Source of the DNA: a bacterium
GTDB taxonomy: Bacteria; RBG-13-61-14; DATKZS01
Assembly: GCA_963674965.2 (NCBI GenBank)
Contig: CAXXFL010000007.1
Coordinates: 32,001-96,000, forward strand
Length of the DNA stretch: 64,000 nucleotides
Reading direction: 5' to 3'
In this document: piece by piece, positions 18,196-29,446 of the stretch
Numbering within the stretch: the first letter of the stretch is position 1
How the letters are laid out: each line of letters starts with the position of its first letter
The notes under the pieces: generated by a model
The model's database searches: none
Told to the model about the DNA's origin: nothing
The model's input: the letters and a program-made list of their open reading frames with translations, nothing else
Position numbers and translations under genes: made by a program

Positions 18196-18221
18196 AAAAA
18201 AGGCGCCCCGAGGAGCGCCTT
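18196..18221 (-). terminator. Rho-independent terminator after rplQ
   Basis: AGGCGCTCC-tc-GGGGCGCCT followed by U-tract on minus strand. Confidence 0.75.
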
Positions 18222-18241
18222 GGTGAACGGACTTCGCCGTA

Positions 18242-18640
18242 TTATTCTTCTTTCTTTTTCTTCTTGGCTTTTTTCTTGGGCTCATCGTCGGAGACCAGCT
18301 CGATGATGGCCATTTCGGCCGAGTCTCCGCGCCGGGGCCCGAGCTTGACCACGCGGGTGTATCCGCCCGGCCTTTCCTGGTAACGGGGCGCGATCTCGTC
18401 GAAGAGCTTATGGACCACGTCCTTTTCGTACATCACGGCCAGCGCCTGCCGCCTGGAGTGTAGATCGCCCTTTTTGCCGAGGGTGATCATCTTGTCGGCC
18501 AGACTTCTGAGTTCCTTGGCCCTTGGCAGGGTGGTCTCTATTCTTCCATGTTTTATAAGCGCCGTTACCATATTGCGAAACATCGCCTGCCTGTGGGCGG
18601 TTTCCCGGGCAAAGCGCCTTGTTTTAATAGCGTGCCGCAT
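18242..18640 (-). CDS. rplQ: 50S ribosomal protein L17
   Basis: MRH...ITLGK...[10 protein letters not shown]. Confidence 0.97.
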   Translation of the reverse strand: MRHAIKTRRFARETAHRQAMFRNMVTALIKHGRIETTLPRAKELRSLADKMITLGKKGDLHSRRQALAVMYEKDVVHKLFDEIAPRYQERPGGYTRVVKLGPRRGDSAEMAIIELVSDDEPKKKAKKKKKEE

Positions 18641-18643
18641 GGC

Positions 18644-19654
18644 TTATCCCCCTTTAATAAGGTTCTTGTCGTACCGGGGATCGGGGAAATTATCAACCTT
18701 CATTCCCAGTTGAAGCCCCATCATACTCAGTACTTCTTTTATTTCGTTCAAGGACTTCCTTCCGAAGTTCTTGGTTTTCAACATCTCGGCCTCGGTCTTT
18801 TGCACCAGCTCGCCGATGATCCTTATGTTCGCGTTCTTAAGGCAGTTGGCCGCCCTGACGCTGAGCTCGAGCTCGTCCACGCTACGATAGAGGTTGGGGT
18901 CCATATCGTGCAGTTCCTCGATCTCCTCCTCCACCGTCTCGACGTCCACCTTGTCGTCGAAGTTGACGAAAATCCCGAGTTGGTCCTTTAAAATTTTGGC
19001 GGCGTAGCCCACCGAGTCGGCCGGCATGACCGCCCCGTTGGTCCAGACCTCGAGGATCAGCTTGTCATAGTCGGTGATCTGGCCCACCCTGGCGTTGGTC
19101 ACGCGGTAATTGACCTTGCGCACGGGCGAGAAAATCGAGTCGATGGGAATGGCCCCGACCGGCAGTTCCTCGTCCTTGTTCCTCTCCGCGGGAACGTATC
19201 CCTTGCCCATCTTGACCCACATCTCCATGCGTAGGGTCGCGTTCTCGTCCAGGGTGGCGACGTGCGCCTCGGGATTTAGTATCCTCACGCTGGGGTCGGC
19301 CTGGATGTCCCCGGCCCTTACTATGGCCGGGCCCTTGGCGTCGAGAGTGATCGACCTCTTGGCGTCCCCGGAGTAATTGAGGAGGACCTCCTTGAGGTTG
19401 AGGATGATCTCGGTCACGTCCTCGGAGACCCCGGGCACGGTGGAGAACTCGTGAAGCACTCCTTCCATCTTCACGGCCACGATGGCCGCCCCCTGGAGAG
19501 AGGACAGGAGCACCCTGCGAAGAGCGTTGCCGAGAGTGATGCCGAAGCCGCGCTCGAGGGGTTCCGCCGTGAACTTGCCGTATACTCCAGTAGCCGAGTC
19601 GGCCTCGAGTTCAAGTTGTTTCGGCTTTATCAGGTTCCGCCAGTTACGGTGCAT
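18644..19654 (-). CDS. rpoA: RNA polymerase subunit alpha
   Basis: [28 protein letters not shown]. Confidence 0.98.
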   Translation of the reverse strand: MHRNWRNLIKPKQLELEADSATGVYGKFTAEPLERGFGITLGNALRRVLLSSLQGAAIVAVKMEGVLHEFSTVPGVSEDVTEIILNLKEVLLNYSGDAKRSITLDAKGPAIVRAGDIQADPSVRILNPEAHVATLDENATLRMEMWVKMGKGYVPAERNKDEELPVGAIPIDSIFSPVRKVNYRVTNARVGQITDYDKLILEVWTNGAVMPADSVGYAAKILKDQLGIFVNFDDKVDVETVEEEIEELHDMDPNLYRSVDELELSVRAANCLKNANIRIIGELVQKTEAEMLKTKNFGRKSLNEIKEVLSMMGLQLGMKVDNFPDPRYDKNLIKGG

Positions 19655-19699
19655 TATTTATCCCTCCCTAGGATGGAACAAACCGGCCCTCGAGGCCGA

Positions 19700-20329
19700 T
19701 TACTTGGAGTAAAGCTCGACGATCAAGTTCTCGTTGATCGGCATGGTTATGTCCTCGCGAGCCGGATACTCCTTGAGCGTGCCCTTGAAGTTCTCGACGT
19801 CAAGATCGAGCCACCTGGACACGCCGCCCCGTTTCTGAACGTTCTCCAGGGCGGACTGGAAAGCCTTGCTCTTCCTGCTCTTCTCTTTTACCTCGATCAC
19901 GTCCCCCTCGGATACCAGATACGACGGTATATTGACCTTCTTGCCGTTCACCAGGAAATGCCCGTGACGAACGAGTTGGCGGGCCTCGTTCCTGCTGCCG
20001 GCGAAGCCCAGGCGATAAACCACGTTGTCAAGACGCCTCTCGAGAAGGACCAGAAGGTTATAGCCCGTCACGCCCTTCATAAGGTCGGCCTTGGCGAAGT
20101 AGTTGCGGAACTGGGACTCGAGAAGTCCGTAAATCCTCTTGACTTTCTGCTTCTCTCGAAGCTGCATCCCATAGTCGGAATGCTTTATCCTTCTGTCGCC
20201 GTGCTGTCCCGGCGGTTTGGCTCTCCTGTCCACGGAGCACTTGTCCGAATAACACCTCTCGCCCTTCAGATAGAGCTTGAGACCTTCCCTCCTGCAAAAA
20301 CGGCAAACGGCTTCACGATACCGGGCCAC
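19700..20329 (-). CDS. rpsD: 30S ribosomal protein S4 (Cys-containing form)
   Basis: MARY...CRFCRRE...[14 protein letters not shown] start. Confidence 0.98.
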   Translation of the reverse strand: MARYREAVCRFCRREGLKLYLKGERCYSDKCSVDRRAKPPGQHGDRRIKHSDYGMQLREKQKVKRIYGLLESQFRNYFAKADLMKGVTGYNLLVLLERRLDNVVYRLGFAGSRNEARQLVRHGHFLVNGKKVNIPSYLVSEGDVIEVKEKSRKSKAFQSALENVQKRGGVSRWLDLDVENFKGTLKEYPAREDITMPINENLIVELYSK

Positions 20330-20364
20330 GTATGCACCTCCTTAATAAAAGCGGGATAATCCCG

Positions 20365-20754
20365 TTAAACCCTGCGCCTTTTCGGCGGACGGCAGCCATT
20401 GTGGGGAATGGGAGTCACGTCCTTGATCAAGGTCACCTTGAGACCCGTGGACTGGAGGGCCCGGAGGGCCGACTCGCGTCCCGAACCCGGTCCCTTGACC
20501 AGGACGTCCACGCTCTTCATGCCGTGCTCCTGGGCGCGGCGGGCGGCCTCCTGGGCGGCCTGCTGGGCGGCGAAGGGCGTGCTTTTCCTCGAGCCCTTGA
20601 ACCCCACCATGCCGGCGCTCAGGCAGGACACGGTGTTCCCGGTCCGGTCGGTGATGGTAATAATCGTGTTGTTGAAGGAACTCTGAATATGGACCACGCC
20701 GTGCTCGATATTCTTCTTGACCTTCTTTTTTCCGCGTTCTTTCTTCCTGGGCAT
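20365..20754 (-). CDS. rpsK: 30S ribosomal protein S11
   Basis: [25 protein letters not shown]. Confidence 0.98.
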   Translation of the reverse strand: MPRKKERGKKKVKKNIEHGVVHIQSSFNNTIITITDRTGNTVSCLSAGMVGFKGSRKSTPFAAQQAAQEAARRAQEHGMKSVDVLVKGPGSGRESALRALQSTGLKVTLIKDVTPIPHNGCRPPKRRRV

Positions 20755-20785
20755 ATTTTCTCCCCGTTCCTAATGGAACCGAACC

Positions 20786-21163
20786 TTATTTCTTGGTGGC
20801 CTTCTTCTTGCCGGCTATGGCCTTTCTCGGCCCCTTCCTGGTCCTGGCGTTGGTGTGGGTATTCTGTCCCCTCACCGGCAGTCCCCGCCGATGCCTCAGG
20901 CCCCGGTAGCAGCCCATGTCCATGAGCCGCTTGATGTTCATGCTGACTTCCTTGCGCAGCTCTCCCTCGACCTTGTACTTCGAGTCGATTATCTGACGGA
21001 TGGCCGCGACCTGGTTCTCGTCCAGGTCGTTGCTCCGGGTGGCCGGCTCCAGGCCGGCCTCCTCGACTATCGAAAGCGCCGTGGTCTTGCCAATGCCGTA
21101 GATATAGGTCAAGGATACGACGATGGGCTTGTTGGGCAAATCAACGCCGGCGATTCTAGCCAT
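20786..21163 (-). CDS. rpsM: 30S ribosomal protein S13
   Basis: [25 protein letters not shown]. Confidence 0.98.
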   Translation of the reverse strand: MARIAGVDLPNKPIVVSLTYIYGIGKTTALSIVEEAGLEPATRSNDLDENQVAAIRQIIDSKYKVEGELRKEVSMNIKRLMDMGCYRGLRHRRGLPVRGQNTHTNARTRKGPRKAIAGKKKATKK

Positions 21164-21187
21164 GTTTCCTCCTCATGCTCACTTGGA

Positions 21188-21301
21188 TCAACCCTGCCGC
21201 TGCTTGTGGCGGGGGTTCTTGCAGATAACGCGCACGACGCCGCGGCGTTTGACTATCTTGCAATCTTTGCAGCGCTTTTTCACTGAAGCTTGCACCTTCA
21301 T
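21188..21301 (-). CDS. rpmJ: 50S ribosomal protein L36 (37 aa, below ORF-track cutoff)
   Basis: Hand translation [37 protein letters not shown]. Confidence 0.97.
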   Translation of the reverse strand: MKVQASVKKRCKDCKIVKRRGVVRVICKNPRHKQRQG

Positions 21302-21363
21302 TTCCGATTCCTTTCAATGCGCCCGGGGGCGCCGCGTTATGCCTTACGAAAGTCCGGGAGAAT

Positions 21364-21585
21364 TCATCTCCTGAACGTTATCCTTCCACGCGTGGGATCG
21401 TACGCGTTGATCTCGACCGTGACCTTGTCGCCCGGCACTATCTTGATATAGTGCATCCGCATCTTGCCGGATATGTTCGCCAAAAGCTTGTGCCCGTTGG
21501 GAAGCTCGACCCTGAACATCGCGTTTGGCAGGGCTTCTTTTACCTCGCCCTCTATTACGACCACGTCGTCCCTATCCTTCGCCAT
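21364..21585 (-). CDS. infA: Translation initiation factor IF-1
   Basis: [22 protein letters not shown]. Confidence 0.97.
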   Translation of the reverse strand: MAKDRDDVVVIEGEVKEALPNAMFRVELPNGHKLLANISGKMRMHYIKIVPGDKVTVEINAYDPTRGRITFRR

Positions 21586-21644
21586 GCAAACCCCTTTTGC
21601 AGGATTGATAAATCACCGCCTCCCGCGGCGTTGGCCAGCGACCG

Positions 21645-22397
21645 TTACCAGTCGCTCAAAACGTCCGGACCATGGTCCGTCACGGCCACCGACCTCTCGA
21701 AGTGCGCCGAGGGCCTGCCGTCAGCCGTGACCGCGGTCCAACCGTCCTCCAGTACCTTCACGTCGGGAACGCCGGCGTTTATCATCGGCTCGATGGCCAG
21801 GACCATTCCCTCCACCAGTTTATTGTTCGGTCTCGGGCGGCCGCAGTTGGGGACCTGGGGCTCCTCGTGCATCTTGCGCCCGATGCCGTGGCCAACGAAC
21901 TGGTATACCACCGAGAAACCGTTGGCCTCCGCGTGACCCTGCACCGCCTCCGCTATATCGGAGAGGTGGTTGCCGGGGACCATTTTTAAAACGGCCCGCT
22001 CCAGGCATTCCCGGGTCACCTCGATCAGCTTTTTCTTTTCCTCGCCCACCTCGCCGATGGCGAAGGTCATGGCCGCGTCGCCCACGTAGCCGCCGCGAAC
22101 GGCCCCGAAGTCGACGCTGAGGACGTCTCCGTCCTTTAAGACCCGTTCCTCACTGGGGATGCCGTGGACCACCTCCTCGTTGATGGAGGCGCAAAGCACC
22201 GCCGGGTATCCCCTGTAACCCAGGAAAGCCGACTCGGCCTTCCTTTTCTCGAGTATCCTTCTGGCGCGCCCGTCAAGTTCCATGGTGCTTACGCCCGGCC
22301 TGGCGAAAGCCTTGATGTCCTCGAGCACCTCCACCACCACCCGGTTGGCCTCGCGGAGGACCTCGATTTCCTTCCTGGTCTTGAGGACTACGCCCAA
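21645..22397 (-). CDS. map: Type I methionyl aminopeptidase
   Basis: CASINEEVVHGIP, GHGIG, AIEPM, SAHFE. Confidence 0.96.
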   Translation of the reverse strand: MGVVLKTRKEIEVLREANRVVVEVLEDIKAFARPGVSTMELDGRARRILEKRKAESAFLGYRGYPAVLCASINEEVVHGIPSEERVLKDGDVLSVDFGAVRGGYVGDAAMTFAIGEVGEEKKKLIEVTRECLERAVLKMVPGNHLSDIAEAVQGHAEANGFSVVYQFVGHGIGRKMHEEPQVPNCGRPRPNNKLVEGMVLAIEPMINAGVPDVKVLEDGWTAVTADGRPSAHFERSVAVTDHGPDVLSDW

Positions 22398-22401
22398 ACC
22401 G

Positions 22402-23046
22402 TCAATCTTCCAGGGCCTTCATGATGGCGTCGGTGATGCCGTTGATATCGCCCACGCCGGGAATGTCCTTGACGATGCCCTTTTTGCCGTAATAGTCCTT
22501 AAGGGGGGACGTCTGATCGTGATACACGCCAAGGCGGTTCCTGATGGTCGCCTCGTTGTCGTCGTCCCGCTGGTAAAGCTCGCCGCCGCACTTGTCGCAG
22601 ACGCCGTCTTTTTTCGGCTTCTGGAACTCGAGGTGATACATGGCGCCGCATCCCTTGCAGGTGCGCCTTCCGCCCAGTCTCTTGACCACCTCGTCGTCGG
22701 GCACCTCGATGCTGACGACCTTGTCGATCTTCTTGGACATGCCCTCGAGGGTCTTGTCCAGTGCCTCGGCCTGGGGCACGGTGCGGGGGAACCCGTCAAG
22801 GATAAAGCCCTTGGCGCAATCGGACTCGGCCAGCCTCTCCTTGACCATGCCGATGACCACCTCGTCGGGAACGAGCTTGCCCGCGTCCATGAATTCCTTG
22901 GCCTTCTTGCCAAGCTCGGTGCCGTTCTTTACCGCCGCGCGCAGCAGGTCGCCCGTGGATATCTGCGGAATGCCGTACTTCTCTATAAGCCTTTTAGCCT
23001 GGGTCCCTTTGCCGCAACCTGGCGGTCCGAGCAATATCAAGTTCAC
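22402..23046 (-). CDS. adk: Adenylate kinase (zinc-LID type)
   Basis: GPPGCGKGTQ, LDGFPR, CKGC...CDKC. Confidence 0.97.
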   Translation of the reverse strand: MNLILLGPPGCGKGTQAKRLIEKYGIPQISTGDLLRAAVKNGTELGKKAKEFMDAGKLVPDEVVIGMVKERLAESDCAKGFILDGFPRTVPQAEALDKTLEGMSKKIDKVVSIEVPDDEVVKRLGGRRTCKGCGAMYHLEFQKPKKDGVCDKCGGELYQRDDDNEATIRNRLGVYHDQTSPLKDYYGKKGIVKDIPGVGDINGITDAIMKALED

Positions 23047-23096
23047 TTCATCCCTCCTTGATCGAAATACTGATCCGACGCGATATTGTTAAAGGG

Positions 23097-24422
23097 CTAC
23101 CTGCCCCTTCTTCCCTTCATCTTGGGTCCCTTGGGTCCCAGGAACCCGTCGTAGTGGCGGGTGATCATGTGGGCCTCGATCTGGGAGGCCGTGTCCATGG
23201 CCACGCCCACCACGATGAGAAGGCCCGTTCCGCCGAAGTAGAACGGTATTCCCACCCATCCCATCAGCACGGCGGGAAGCACGCAAACGGCCACCATATA
23301 GAGCGCGCCCCCGACGGTGATCCTGGTCAGGATGCGGTCGATAAAGTCGGCCGTGTTCTGTCCCGGCCTCACGCCGGGTATGTATCCGCCGTGTTTCTTC
23401 AGATTGTCGGCCATATCGACCGGGTTGATCTGAACGGCGGTGTAAAAGAACGTAAAGAAGATAATAAGTATAGCATAAACGGTGTTATATTGCCAGGACA
23501 CCGGGCTCATGGACGAGGAGAACCACTGGGCCCAGTTGGAGTCGGACTCTCCGAAAATGCCCGCGATGCTGGCGGGAAAGGTCAGCATGCTCGAGGCGAA
23601 GATGGGGGGAATGACTCCCGCCGGGTTCACCTTGAGGGGAAGGTGGGTCTTGACGCCGCGATACATCTTGCGGCCCACGGTCCGGGCCGGGTACTGGACC
23701 TGAATCTTCCGCTGGGCCCTCTCGACGTAGACGATGGCCCCTATTACGACCACCATGCCTATCCCCACCAGAAGCAACGTAATGATATCGAGCTCTCCCG
23801 TCCGGTACTGGGAAAGGGTCTGGTAAATGCCCACGGGCACTCGGGCCACGATACCGGCGAAAATGATAAGGGAAATGCCGTTACTGATGCCCCGCTCGGT
23901 AATCTGCTCGCCCAGCCACATGAGAAGGGCCGTGCCGGCGGTCAGGGTTATGATGGTCATAACCACGAACCTGATTCCCGGGTCGGGCACGACCGGCATC
24001 TGTCCGGCGCTCCATCCCCGAAGCATGCCGATGATGGCCACGCTCTGGATGGCCGAGAGCACGATGGTCAAGTACCTGGTGTATTGGGTGATTTTCTTCC
24101 TGCCTACCTCGCCTTCCTTTTGCAGGCGCTCGAGATAGGGAAAAACCACGGCCAGAAGCTGCAGGATAATGGAAGCGGTAATATAGGGCATGATCCCGAG
24201 GGCGAACACGCTCATATTGAGGAACCCGCCGCCGGTAAAGGTGTTTAACATGCTGAAAAGTCCCGCAGACTGGGACTGCTCGAACATGGCTTTGAGGGCG
24301 GCCGAGTTGATGCCCGGGATCGGAATATGCACTCCGAGCCTGCAGACGGCCAGTATGGCCACCGTGAAAAGCAGGCGGCGCTGCAGCTCGGGAATCTTGC
24401 CTATATTTGTCCAGCCCGACAT
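23097..24422 (-). CDS. secY: Preprotein translocase subunit SecY
   Basis: ALGIMPYITASII; WLGEQITERG; GGYIPGVRPG. Confidence 0.98.
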   Translation of the reverse strand: MSGWTNIGKIPELQRRLLFTVAILAVCRLGVHIPIPGINSAALKAMFEQSQSAGLFSMLNTFTGGGFLNMSVFALGIMPYITASIILQLLAVVFPYLERLQKEGEVGRKKITQYTRYLTIVLSAIQSVAIIGMLRGWSAGQMPVVPDPGIRFVVMTIITLTAGTALLMWLGEQITERGISNGISLIIFAGIVARVPVGIYQTLSQYRTGELDIITLLLVGIGMVVVIGAIVYVERAQRKIQVQYPARTVGRKMYRGVKTHLPLKVNPAGVIPPIFASSMLTFPASIAGIFGESDSNWAQWFSSSMSPVSWQYNTVYAILIIFFTFFYTAVQINPVDMADNLKKHGGYIPGVRPGQNTADFIDRILTRITVGGALYMVAVCVLPAVLMGWVGIPFYFGGTGLLIVVGVAMDTASQIEAHMITRHYDGFLGPKGPKMKGRRGR

Positions 24423-24425
24423 GGG

Positions 24426-24872
24426 TTATATTACCTCTACCTTGCCCCCCGCCGCCTCGATTTTCGCCTTGGCCTTCTCGCTGAAGGCGTGGGCCTTGAC
24501 GGTCAGGGCTTGTTTAAGTTCGCCGTTTCCAAGGATTTTCACCATGTCTTTGCCCTTCATGAGCCCGGCTGATTTCATCTGCTCGATTCCCACCTCGCTG
24601 CCCGCGGGGAAGGCGTTCAACGCCTCGACGTTAATCTCGGCGCGCTCGATCCTGTGGATATTGTTGAAACCCCTTTTGGGAAGACGGCGGGCCAGAGGCA
24701 TCTGTCCGCCCTCGAAGGCCCGGTGGGTCTTTCCCTTTCCGGCCCTCGCGTTCTGTCCCTTGTGTCCCGCTCCGCAGGTTTTTCCCCATCCGGACGACTC
24801 GCCTCTGCCCACGCGCTTCGCTTTCCGGTTCTTTCCCTTGGGAGGAGTGAGGTTTGAAAGGTCGGTCGCCAT
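24426..24872 (-). CDS. rplO: 50S ribosomal protein L15
   Basis: RVGRG...FEGGQMPL..RLPKRGF. Confidence 0.97.
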   Translation of the reverse strand: MATDLSNLTPPKGKNRKAKRVGRGESSGWGKTCGAGHKGQNARAGKGKTHRAFEGGQMPLARRLPKRGFNNIHRIERAEINVEALNAFPAGSEVGIEQMKSAGLMKGKDMVKILGNGELKQALTVKAHAFSEKAKAKIEAAGGKVEVI

Positions 24873-24873
24873 T

Positions 24874-25056
24874 TTATTCCTCCACTTCCACCATGTGGAT
24901 GACTTTTTTTACCATGCCGCGAATCTCGCGGGTATTGGGCCTTTCAACCGTCTGGTTCATCCGGTTTAGTCCGAGTCCCTTCAGCACGGCCTTGTGCTCC
25001 TTGGGCCGGTTGATGGGGCTTCTTTTAAGCGTAATTTTTATAGTCGGGTTGGCCAT
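24874..25056 (-). CDS. rpmD: 50S ribosomal protein L30
   Basis: ITLKRSPI...LGL...IRGMV; synteny. Confidence 0.95.
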   Translation of the reverse strand: MANPTIKITLKRSPINRPKEHKAVLKGLGLNRMNQTVERPNTREIRGMVKKVIHMVEVEE

Positions 25057-25084
25057 ATTGTCACCTTCATGTCCCGTCTTTGCC

Positions 25085-25585
25085 TTACAGTTCGTCGGGC
25101 GATTTTCCTCGCCTGGCGGCCACCGCCTCCCTGGTCTGCAGTTTGAGCAGGGCGTCGAAAGCGGCCTTGACCACGTTCTGGGGGTTGTTGGTCCCGATGG
25201 CCTTGGTCAAAAGGTTGGTAATCCCGGCCGCCTCGACCACGGCCCTGACCGGTCCGCCGGCGATGACGCCGGTACCGGGGGACGCGGGCCGCATGAGCAC
25301 GCGGGCCGCTCCGCATCGTCCGATCTGCTCGTGGGGGATGGTCCCCCCCTCGACGAGCCCGACCTGGACCATGGAGCCGCGGGCCTTCTCGACGCCCTTC
25401 CTGATCGCCTCGGGCACCTCGTTGGCTTTTCCCTTGGCCACTCCGACCCTTCCCTTTCCGTCTCCAACCACCACCAGGGCCGAAAAGGAGAACCTTTTGC
25501 CTCCCTTTACGACTTTCGCCACCCTGCCGATATGGACGACCTTATCCCTTAATTCGACTTCCTGTTCACCGTACTCGATCGCCAC
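25085..25585 (-). CDS. rpsE: 30S ribosomal protein S5
   Basis: [22 protein letters not shown]. Confidence 0.98.
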   Translation of the reverse strand: MAIEYGEQEVELRDKVVHIGRVAKVVKGGKRFSFSALVVVGDGKGRVGVAKGKANEVPEAIRKGVEKARGSMVQVGLVEGGTIPHEQIGRCGAARVLMRPASPGTGVIAGGPVRAVVEAAGITNLLTKAIGTNNPQNVVKAAFDALLKLQTREAVAARRGKSPDEL

Positions 25586-25605
25586 GGTAATCCTCCCGTT
25601 TCGGG

Positions 25606-25968
25606 TTAAAAATTCAGCCCGGCTTCCCTGGCAGCGTCGGCCAGGGCCTTTAGCCTGCCGTGATATAAAAAGCCGTTGCGGTCGAACACGACTTTTTCAA
25701 CTCCGGCCGCCTTGGCCTTCTCGGCTATCATCTTGCCGACGGCCTTGGCCGCTTCCTTGTCGTTGGTGCTTTTGAGCTGCCCTTTCAGGTCCTTGGACAA
25801 GGTGCTGGCCGCGGCCAGGGTTTTGCCTTCCTCGTCGTTTATGACCTGAACGTAAATATGACGCTGGCTCCTGAAAACGCAGAGCCGGGGACGCTCCTGG
25901 CTACCCCTGACCTTGCGCCGGACCCGACCTTGCCGAATGATTCTTTTTTCATTCCTGGACTGTGCCAT
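25606..25968 (-). CDS. rplR: 50S ribosomal protein L18
   Basis: [22 protein letters not shown]. Confidence 0.97.
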   Translation of the reverse strand: MAQSRNEKRIIRQGRVRRKVRGSQERPRLCVFRSQRHIYVQVINDEEGKTLAAASTLSKDLKGQLKSTNDKEAAKAVGKMIAEKAKAAGVEKVVFDRNGFLYHGRLKALADAAREAGLNF

Positions 25969-25992
25969 GACCCTCTCCACTAATTAAACGCG

Positions 25993-26547
25993 TCACGAGC
26001 CGGGGGCGCCGCCGCCCACGCCGGACTTGCCGGCTTTCCTGCGAACGTATTCGCCCTGATACCTGACGCCCTTGCCCTTGTAAGGCTCGGGGGGACGCCA
26101 GTTCCTGATCTTGGCGGCCAGGTCTCCCACTTGCTGCTTGTCCACGCCGCTAACGACGATGGTGTCCTTTTCCATGGTCACGTCCAACCCCTCGGGGATG
26201 GGGACCTCCTTGGGGAAGGCGTAGCCCACGCTCAATTTCAGGACCTTACCCTGGACCTCGGCCTTGTAGCCCACGCCGATTATATCCAGCTTCTTGACGT
26301 AGCCCTCGGTGACGCCGACCACGGCGTTGCCGACCAGAGACCGGTAAAGTCCCTGGAACATCCTGGACTGGCGCGAGTCGTCGGGCCTTGAAACCCTTAC
26401 TACTTCCCCCTCTATCTCGATGGAGCAGGGAGGATTTACCTCAACCGTCAGCTCGCCCTTGGGCCCCTTCACCTTGAAGAGGGGGGCCCGCCACGAGACC
26501 TCGGCCCCCTTGGGCACGGTTATCGGTACTTTACCCACTCTTGACAT
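25993..26547 (-). CDS. rplF: 50S ribosomal protein L6
   Basis: MSRVGK; PEPYKGKGVRY. Confidence 0.97.
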   Translation of the reverse strand: MSRVGKVPITVPKGAEVSWRAPLFKVKGPKGELTVEVNPPCSIEIEGEVVRVSRPDDSRQSRMFQGLYRSLVGNAVVGVTEGYVKKLDIIGVGYKAEVQGKVLKLSVGYAFPKEVPIPEGLDVTMEKDTIVVSGVDKQQVGDLAAKIRNWRPPEPYKGKGVRYQGEYVRRKAGKSGVGGGAPGS

Positions 26548-26574
26548 GACCTTATCTCCTGACCTTCGCGTTCC

Positions 26575-26970
26575 TTACCAGATCGAGCAGAGTATCTCGC
26601 CGCCCACTCGCCGCTCCCTTGCCTTCTTGTCGGTCATGACGCCCTTGGAGGTCGAGATAATCGATACTCCAAGTCCGTTCTTGACCTCGGGCAGGTCGTC
26701 AACCTTGGCGAAGACCCTGCGCCCGGGCTTGGATTCCCTCTTGATCTTCATGATGATGGGGTTTCCGTCCGGGTCGTATTTAAGGAACACCTTGAGCACG
26801 CCCTGCTTGCCGTCCTGGGCGAGCTTGAAATTTTTTATATAACCCTCGGCCTTGAGTATCCGCGCGATTTCCAGCTTAAGCTTGCTCGCGGGAACGTCGA
26901 CCGACTCGTGCCTGGCCGAGAGACCGTTTCTGATCCGGGTCAACATGTCCGCTATGGGATCGGTCATCAT
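26575..26970 (-). CDS. rpsH: 30S ribosomal protein S8
   Basis: [23 protein letters not shown]. Confidence 0.98.
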   Translation of the reverse strand: MMTDPIADMLTRIRNGLSARHESVDVPASKLKLEIARILKAEGYIKNFKLAQDGKQGVLKVFLKYDPDGNPIIMKIKRESKPGRRVFAKVDDLPEVKNGLGVSIISTSKGVMTDKKARERRVGGEILCSIW

Positions 26971-26985
26971 TTTCCATACTCCCCC

Positions 26986-27171
26986 TTACCAACTCGATTT
27001 GACCATGCCGGGTATCTTGCCCTCGAGCGTGAGCTTCCTCAGGCAGATTCTGCACATGTCGAAACGCCGGTAATAAGCCCGGGGACGCCCGCAGATCGGG
27101 CACCGGTTATAATCCCTGACCTTGAACTTCTTGGGCCTCTTCGCCTTGGCCATAAGCGATTTCTTCGCCAC
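26986..27171 (-). CDS. rpsN: 30S ribosomal protein S14, zinc-binding type Z
   Basis: 61 aa, RCPICGR...CRIC. Confidence 0.97.
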   Translation of the reverse strand: MAKKSLMAKAKRPKKFKVRDYNRCPICGRPRAYYRRFDMCRICLRKLTLEGKIPGMVKSSW

Positions 27172-27186
27172 TTTTAGACTCCTCCG

Positions 27187-27729
27187 TTAGTTGGCGCGGA
27201 AGGGCATGCCCAGTCGCTTGAGAAGGCTTCTGGCCTCCTCGTCGTTCTGCGCGGTTGTGCAGATGGTTACGTTAAGTCCCTGGATGCGCTCAACCTTGTC
27301 GTAATTGATCTCGGGGAAAATGATCTGTTCCTTGATTCCCAGCGAGTAGTTTCCCCTTCCGTCGAAAGCCCGGGGGCTCACTCCTCCGAAGTCCCTCACC
27401 TGGGGCAGGGCGATGCTCACGAGCCGGTCGAGGAACTCGTACATCCGGGCCCCCCGGAGCGTCACCATGACGCCGATGGGCATGCCCTTTCTCAGCTTGA
27501 AGGTGGCGATGGATTTTCTCGCCTTGGTCACCACCGGCTTCTGGCCCACGATCTGGGTCAACTCGGCGACGGCCCCGTCAATAAGCTTGACGTTCTGGAC
27601 CGCCTGCCCGAGGCCGAGGTTGACGGTAACCTTGGTAAGGCGGGGGACCTGCATGACGTTCTTGTAGGAAAACTCCTCCATCATCGCCTTGACGATTTCC
27701 TCGTTGTATATTTTCTTGAGCCTGGTCAT
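27187..27729 (-). CDS. rplE: 50S ribosomal protein L5
   Basis: [24 protein letters not shown]. Confidence 0.98.
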   Translation of the reverse strand: MTRLKKIYNEEIVKAMMEEFSYKNVMQVPRLTKVTVNLGLGQAVQNVKLIDGAVAELTQIVGQKPVVTKARKSIATFKLRKGMPIGVMVTLRGARMYEFLDRLVSIALPQVRDFGGVSPRAFDGRGNYSLGIKEQIIFPEINYDKVERIQGLNVTICTTAQNDEEARSLLKRLGMPFRAN

Positions 27730-27741
27730 TTTGGCCTTCCC

Positions 27742-28062
27742 TTAATCGATATGTTCTTCGCACTTCCCGCAAACGCGAACGCGGGAGCCGCTGTCGAGCT
27801 TCTTGAACCGGGGCCTGGTGGTCTTGTTGCACTTGGGGCAAACCAGGGCCAGGTTGTCAAGCCGGATGGGCGTTTCCCTCTCGATGCGCCCGCCCTGGGG
27901 GGCCATGGGGTGTCCGGGACGAAGGTGCCGGGTCTGGAAATTGATTTTTTCCACCAGGGCCTTTTCCTTCTTGTGGTCGACCTTGATGACCTTGCCCTTC
28001 TTGCCCCGCTCTCTTCCCGAGAGCACCGTGACCTGATCGCCTTTTCTTATCTTGTAAGCCAT
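27742..28062 (-). CDS. rplX: 50S ribosomal protein L24
   Basis: IRKGDQVTVLSG..GKKGKV (KOW). Confidence 0.96.
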   Translation of the reverse strand: MAYKIRKGDQVTVLSGRERGKKGKVIKVDHKKEKALVEKINFQTRHLRPGHPMAPQGGRIERETPIRLDNLALVCPKCNKTTRPRFKKLDSGSRVRVCGKCEEHID

Positions 28063-28082
28063 TTTTTCACCTGTATCGGGGC

Positions 28083-28451
28083 CTAAAGGACCTCGGGGGC
28101 GAGCGAGACTATCTTCATGAAACGCTTGGCCCGAAGTTCCCTGGCCACCGGACCGAACACGCGGTTTCCGATGGGCTCGAGCTGGTTGTTAAGGAGCACG
28201 GCCCCGTTGTCGTCGAAGCGCACGTAAGTCCCGTCGGGACGGCCGATTTCCTTGGACGTTCTCACCACCACGGCTCGGACGACCTCGCCCTTTTTCACCT
28301 TCGAGGTGGGGATGGCCTCCTTGACGGACGCCACGATTATGTCTCCCACCCGCGCGTAGCGGCGGCGGGTCCCGCCCAGCACCTTGATGCACTGGACCTT
28401 TTTGGCCCCCGAGTTGTCGGCCACGGTCAGCATGGATTCAACCTGGATCAT
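28083..28451 (-). CDS. rplN: 50S ribosomal protein L14
   Basis: [15 protein letters not shown]. Confidence 0.98.
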   Translation of the reverse strand: MIQVESMLTVADNSGAKKVQCIKVLGGTRRRYARVGDIIVASVKEAIPTSKVKKGEVVRAVVVRTSKEIGRPDGTYVRFDDNGAVLLNNQLEPIGNRVFGPVARELRAKRFMKIVSLAPEVL

Positions 28452-28469
28452 GTTTTATCCTCCCTCGCC

Positions 28470-28754
28470 TCAGTCCGCTCGCCTGATGACCTTGAGAAGG
28501 CGCCAGCGCTTGTCCTTCGAGAGGGGACGCGTCTCGATGATCTGAATGAGGTCTCCGGTCCGGCAGGAGTTCTCCTGGTCGTGGGCCTTGACGTTCTTCC
28601 ATACCCGCGTGTACTTCTTATACTTGCGATGAAGCTTTATCCGCTCGATCCTGACCACGATCGTCTTGTCCATCTTGTCGCTCACCACGACGCCGGTCCT
28701 GACCTTGCGATGTCCCCGCGGCTTGTCGGCGCGGGTCGAAACCGCGTTTTCCAT
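28470..28754 (-). CDS. rpsQ: 30S ribosomal protein S17
   Basis: GVVVSDKMDKT; ETRPLSKDKRW. Confidence 0.97.
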   Translation of the reverse strand: MENAVSTRADKPRGHRKVRTGVVVSDKMDKTIVVRIERIKLHRKYKKYTRVWKNVKAHDQENSCRTGDLIQIIETRPLSKDKRWRLLKVIRRAD

Positions 28755-28809
28755 TTCCTTACTCCTTAGCCCCCGTGTTTATTGGCTCTTGTGTCATTAC
28801 TATCCCGGT

Positions 28810-28998
28810 TTATAGTCCTCTTTCCCGGACCACGGTTTTCACTCGCGCCAGGTCCCGCCTGGTCATTCTCAGGCGGGCGGTGTTCTCGAGCTGGCCCGTG
28901 GCGTGCTGGATGCGAAGGTTGAAAGCCGCGCGCTCGAGGTCCTTTAGCTTGTCCATAAGCTCCTCGTCGGTCATCTCTCTTATCTCGGTCGGCTTCAT
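28810..28998 (-). CDS. rpmC: 50S ribosomal protein L29
   Basis: MKPTEIRE...FNLRIQHATGQLEN; ATG overlaps rplP TGA. Confidence 0.95.
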   Translation of the reverse strand: MKPTEIREMTDEELMDKLKDLERAAFNLRIQHATGQLENTARLRMTRRDLARVKTVVRERGL

Positions 28999-29411
28999 CA
29001 ATAATCCTCCAGCTCGACGATCTGGGTGGGAATGGGAAGCTTGCTGCCGGCCAGCTTGAGCGCGGCGCGGGCCATTTTCTCGTCCACTCCCTCGAGCTCG
29101 AACAGGACCCTTCCGGGCTTGATGGGGGCCACCCACTCCTCGACCGATCCCTTGCCTTTACCCATCCTGGTTTCGAGGGGTTTCTTGGTAAGGGGCTTGT
29201 CGGGGAAAATCCTTATCCAGATTTTGCCGGCCCTTTTCACGTGCCTGGTAATGGCGACGCGGCTGGCCTCGATCTGCCTGGCGGTTATCCATCCTGCGCC
29301 CATGGCTTGCAGTCCGTAGCTTCCGAAGGCCAGGGTGGACCCTCGTCTGGCGATCCCCCTTATCCTTCCCTTTTGAAGTTTTCTATATCTTGGTTTCTTG
29401 GGCTGTAACAT
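28998..29411 (-). CDS. rplP: 50S ribosomal protein L16
   Basis: MLQPK; RMGKGKG. Confidence 0.98.
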   Translation of the reverse strand: MLQPKKPRYRKLQKGRIRGIARRGSTLAFGSYGLQAMGAGWITARQIEASRVAITRHVKRAGKIWIRIFPDKPLTKKPLETRMGKGKGSVEEWVAPIKPGRVLFELEGVDEKMARAALKLAGSKLPIPTQIVELEDY

Positions 29412-29446
29412 TGCCCCTCTCCTTTACTCGCGTATCTTACAATCCA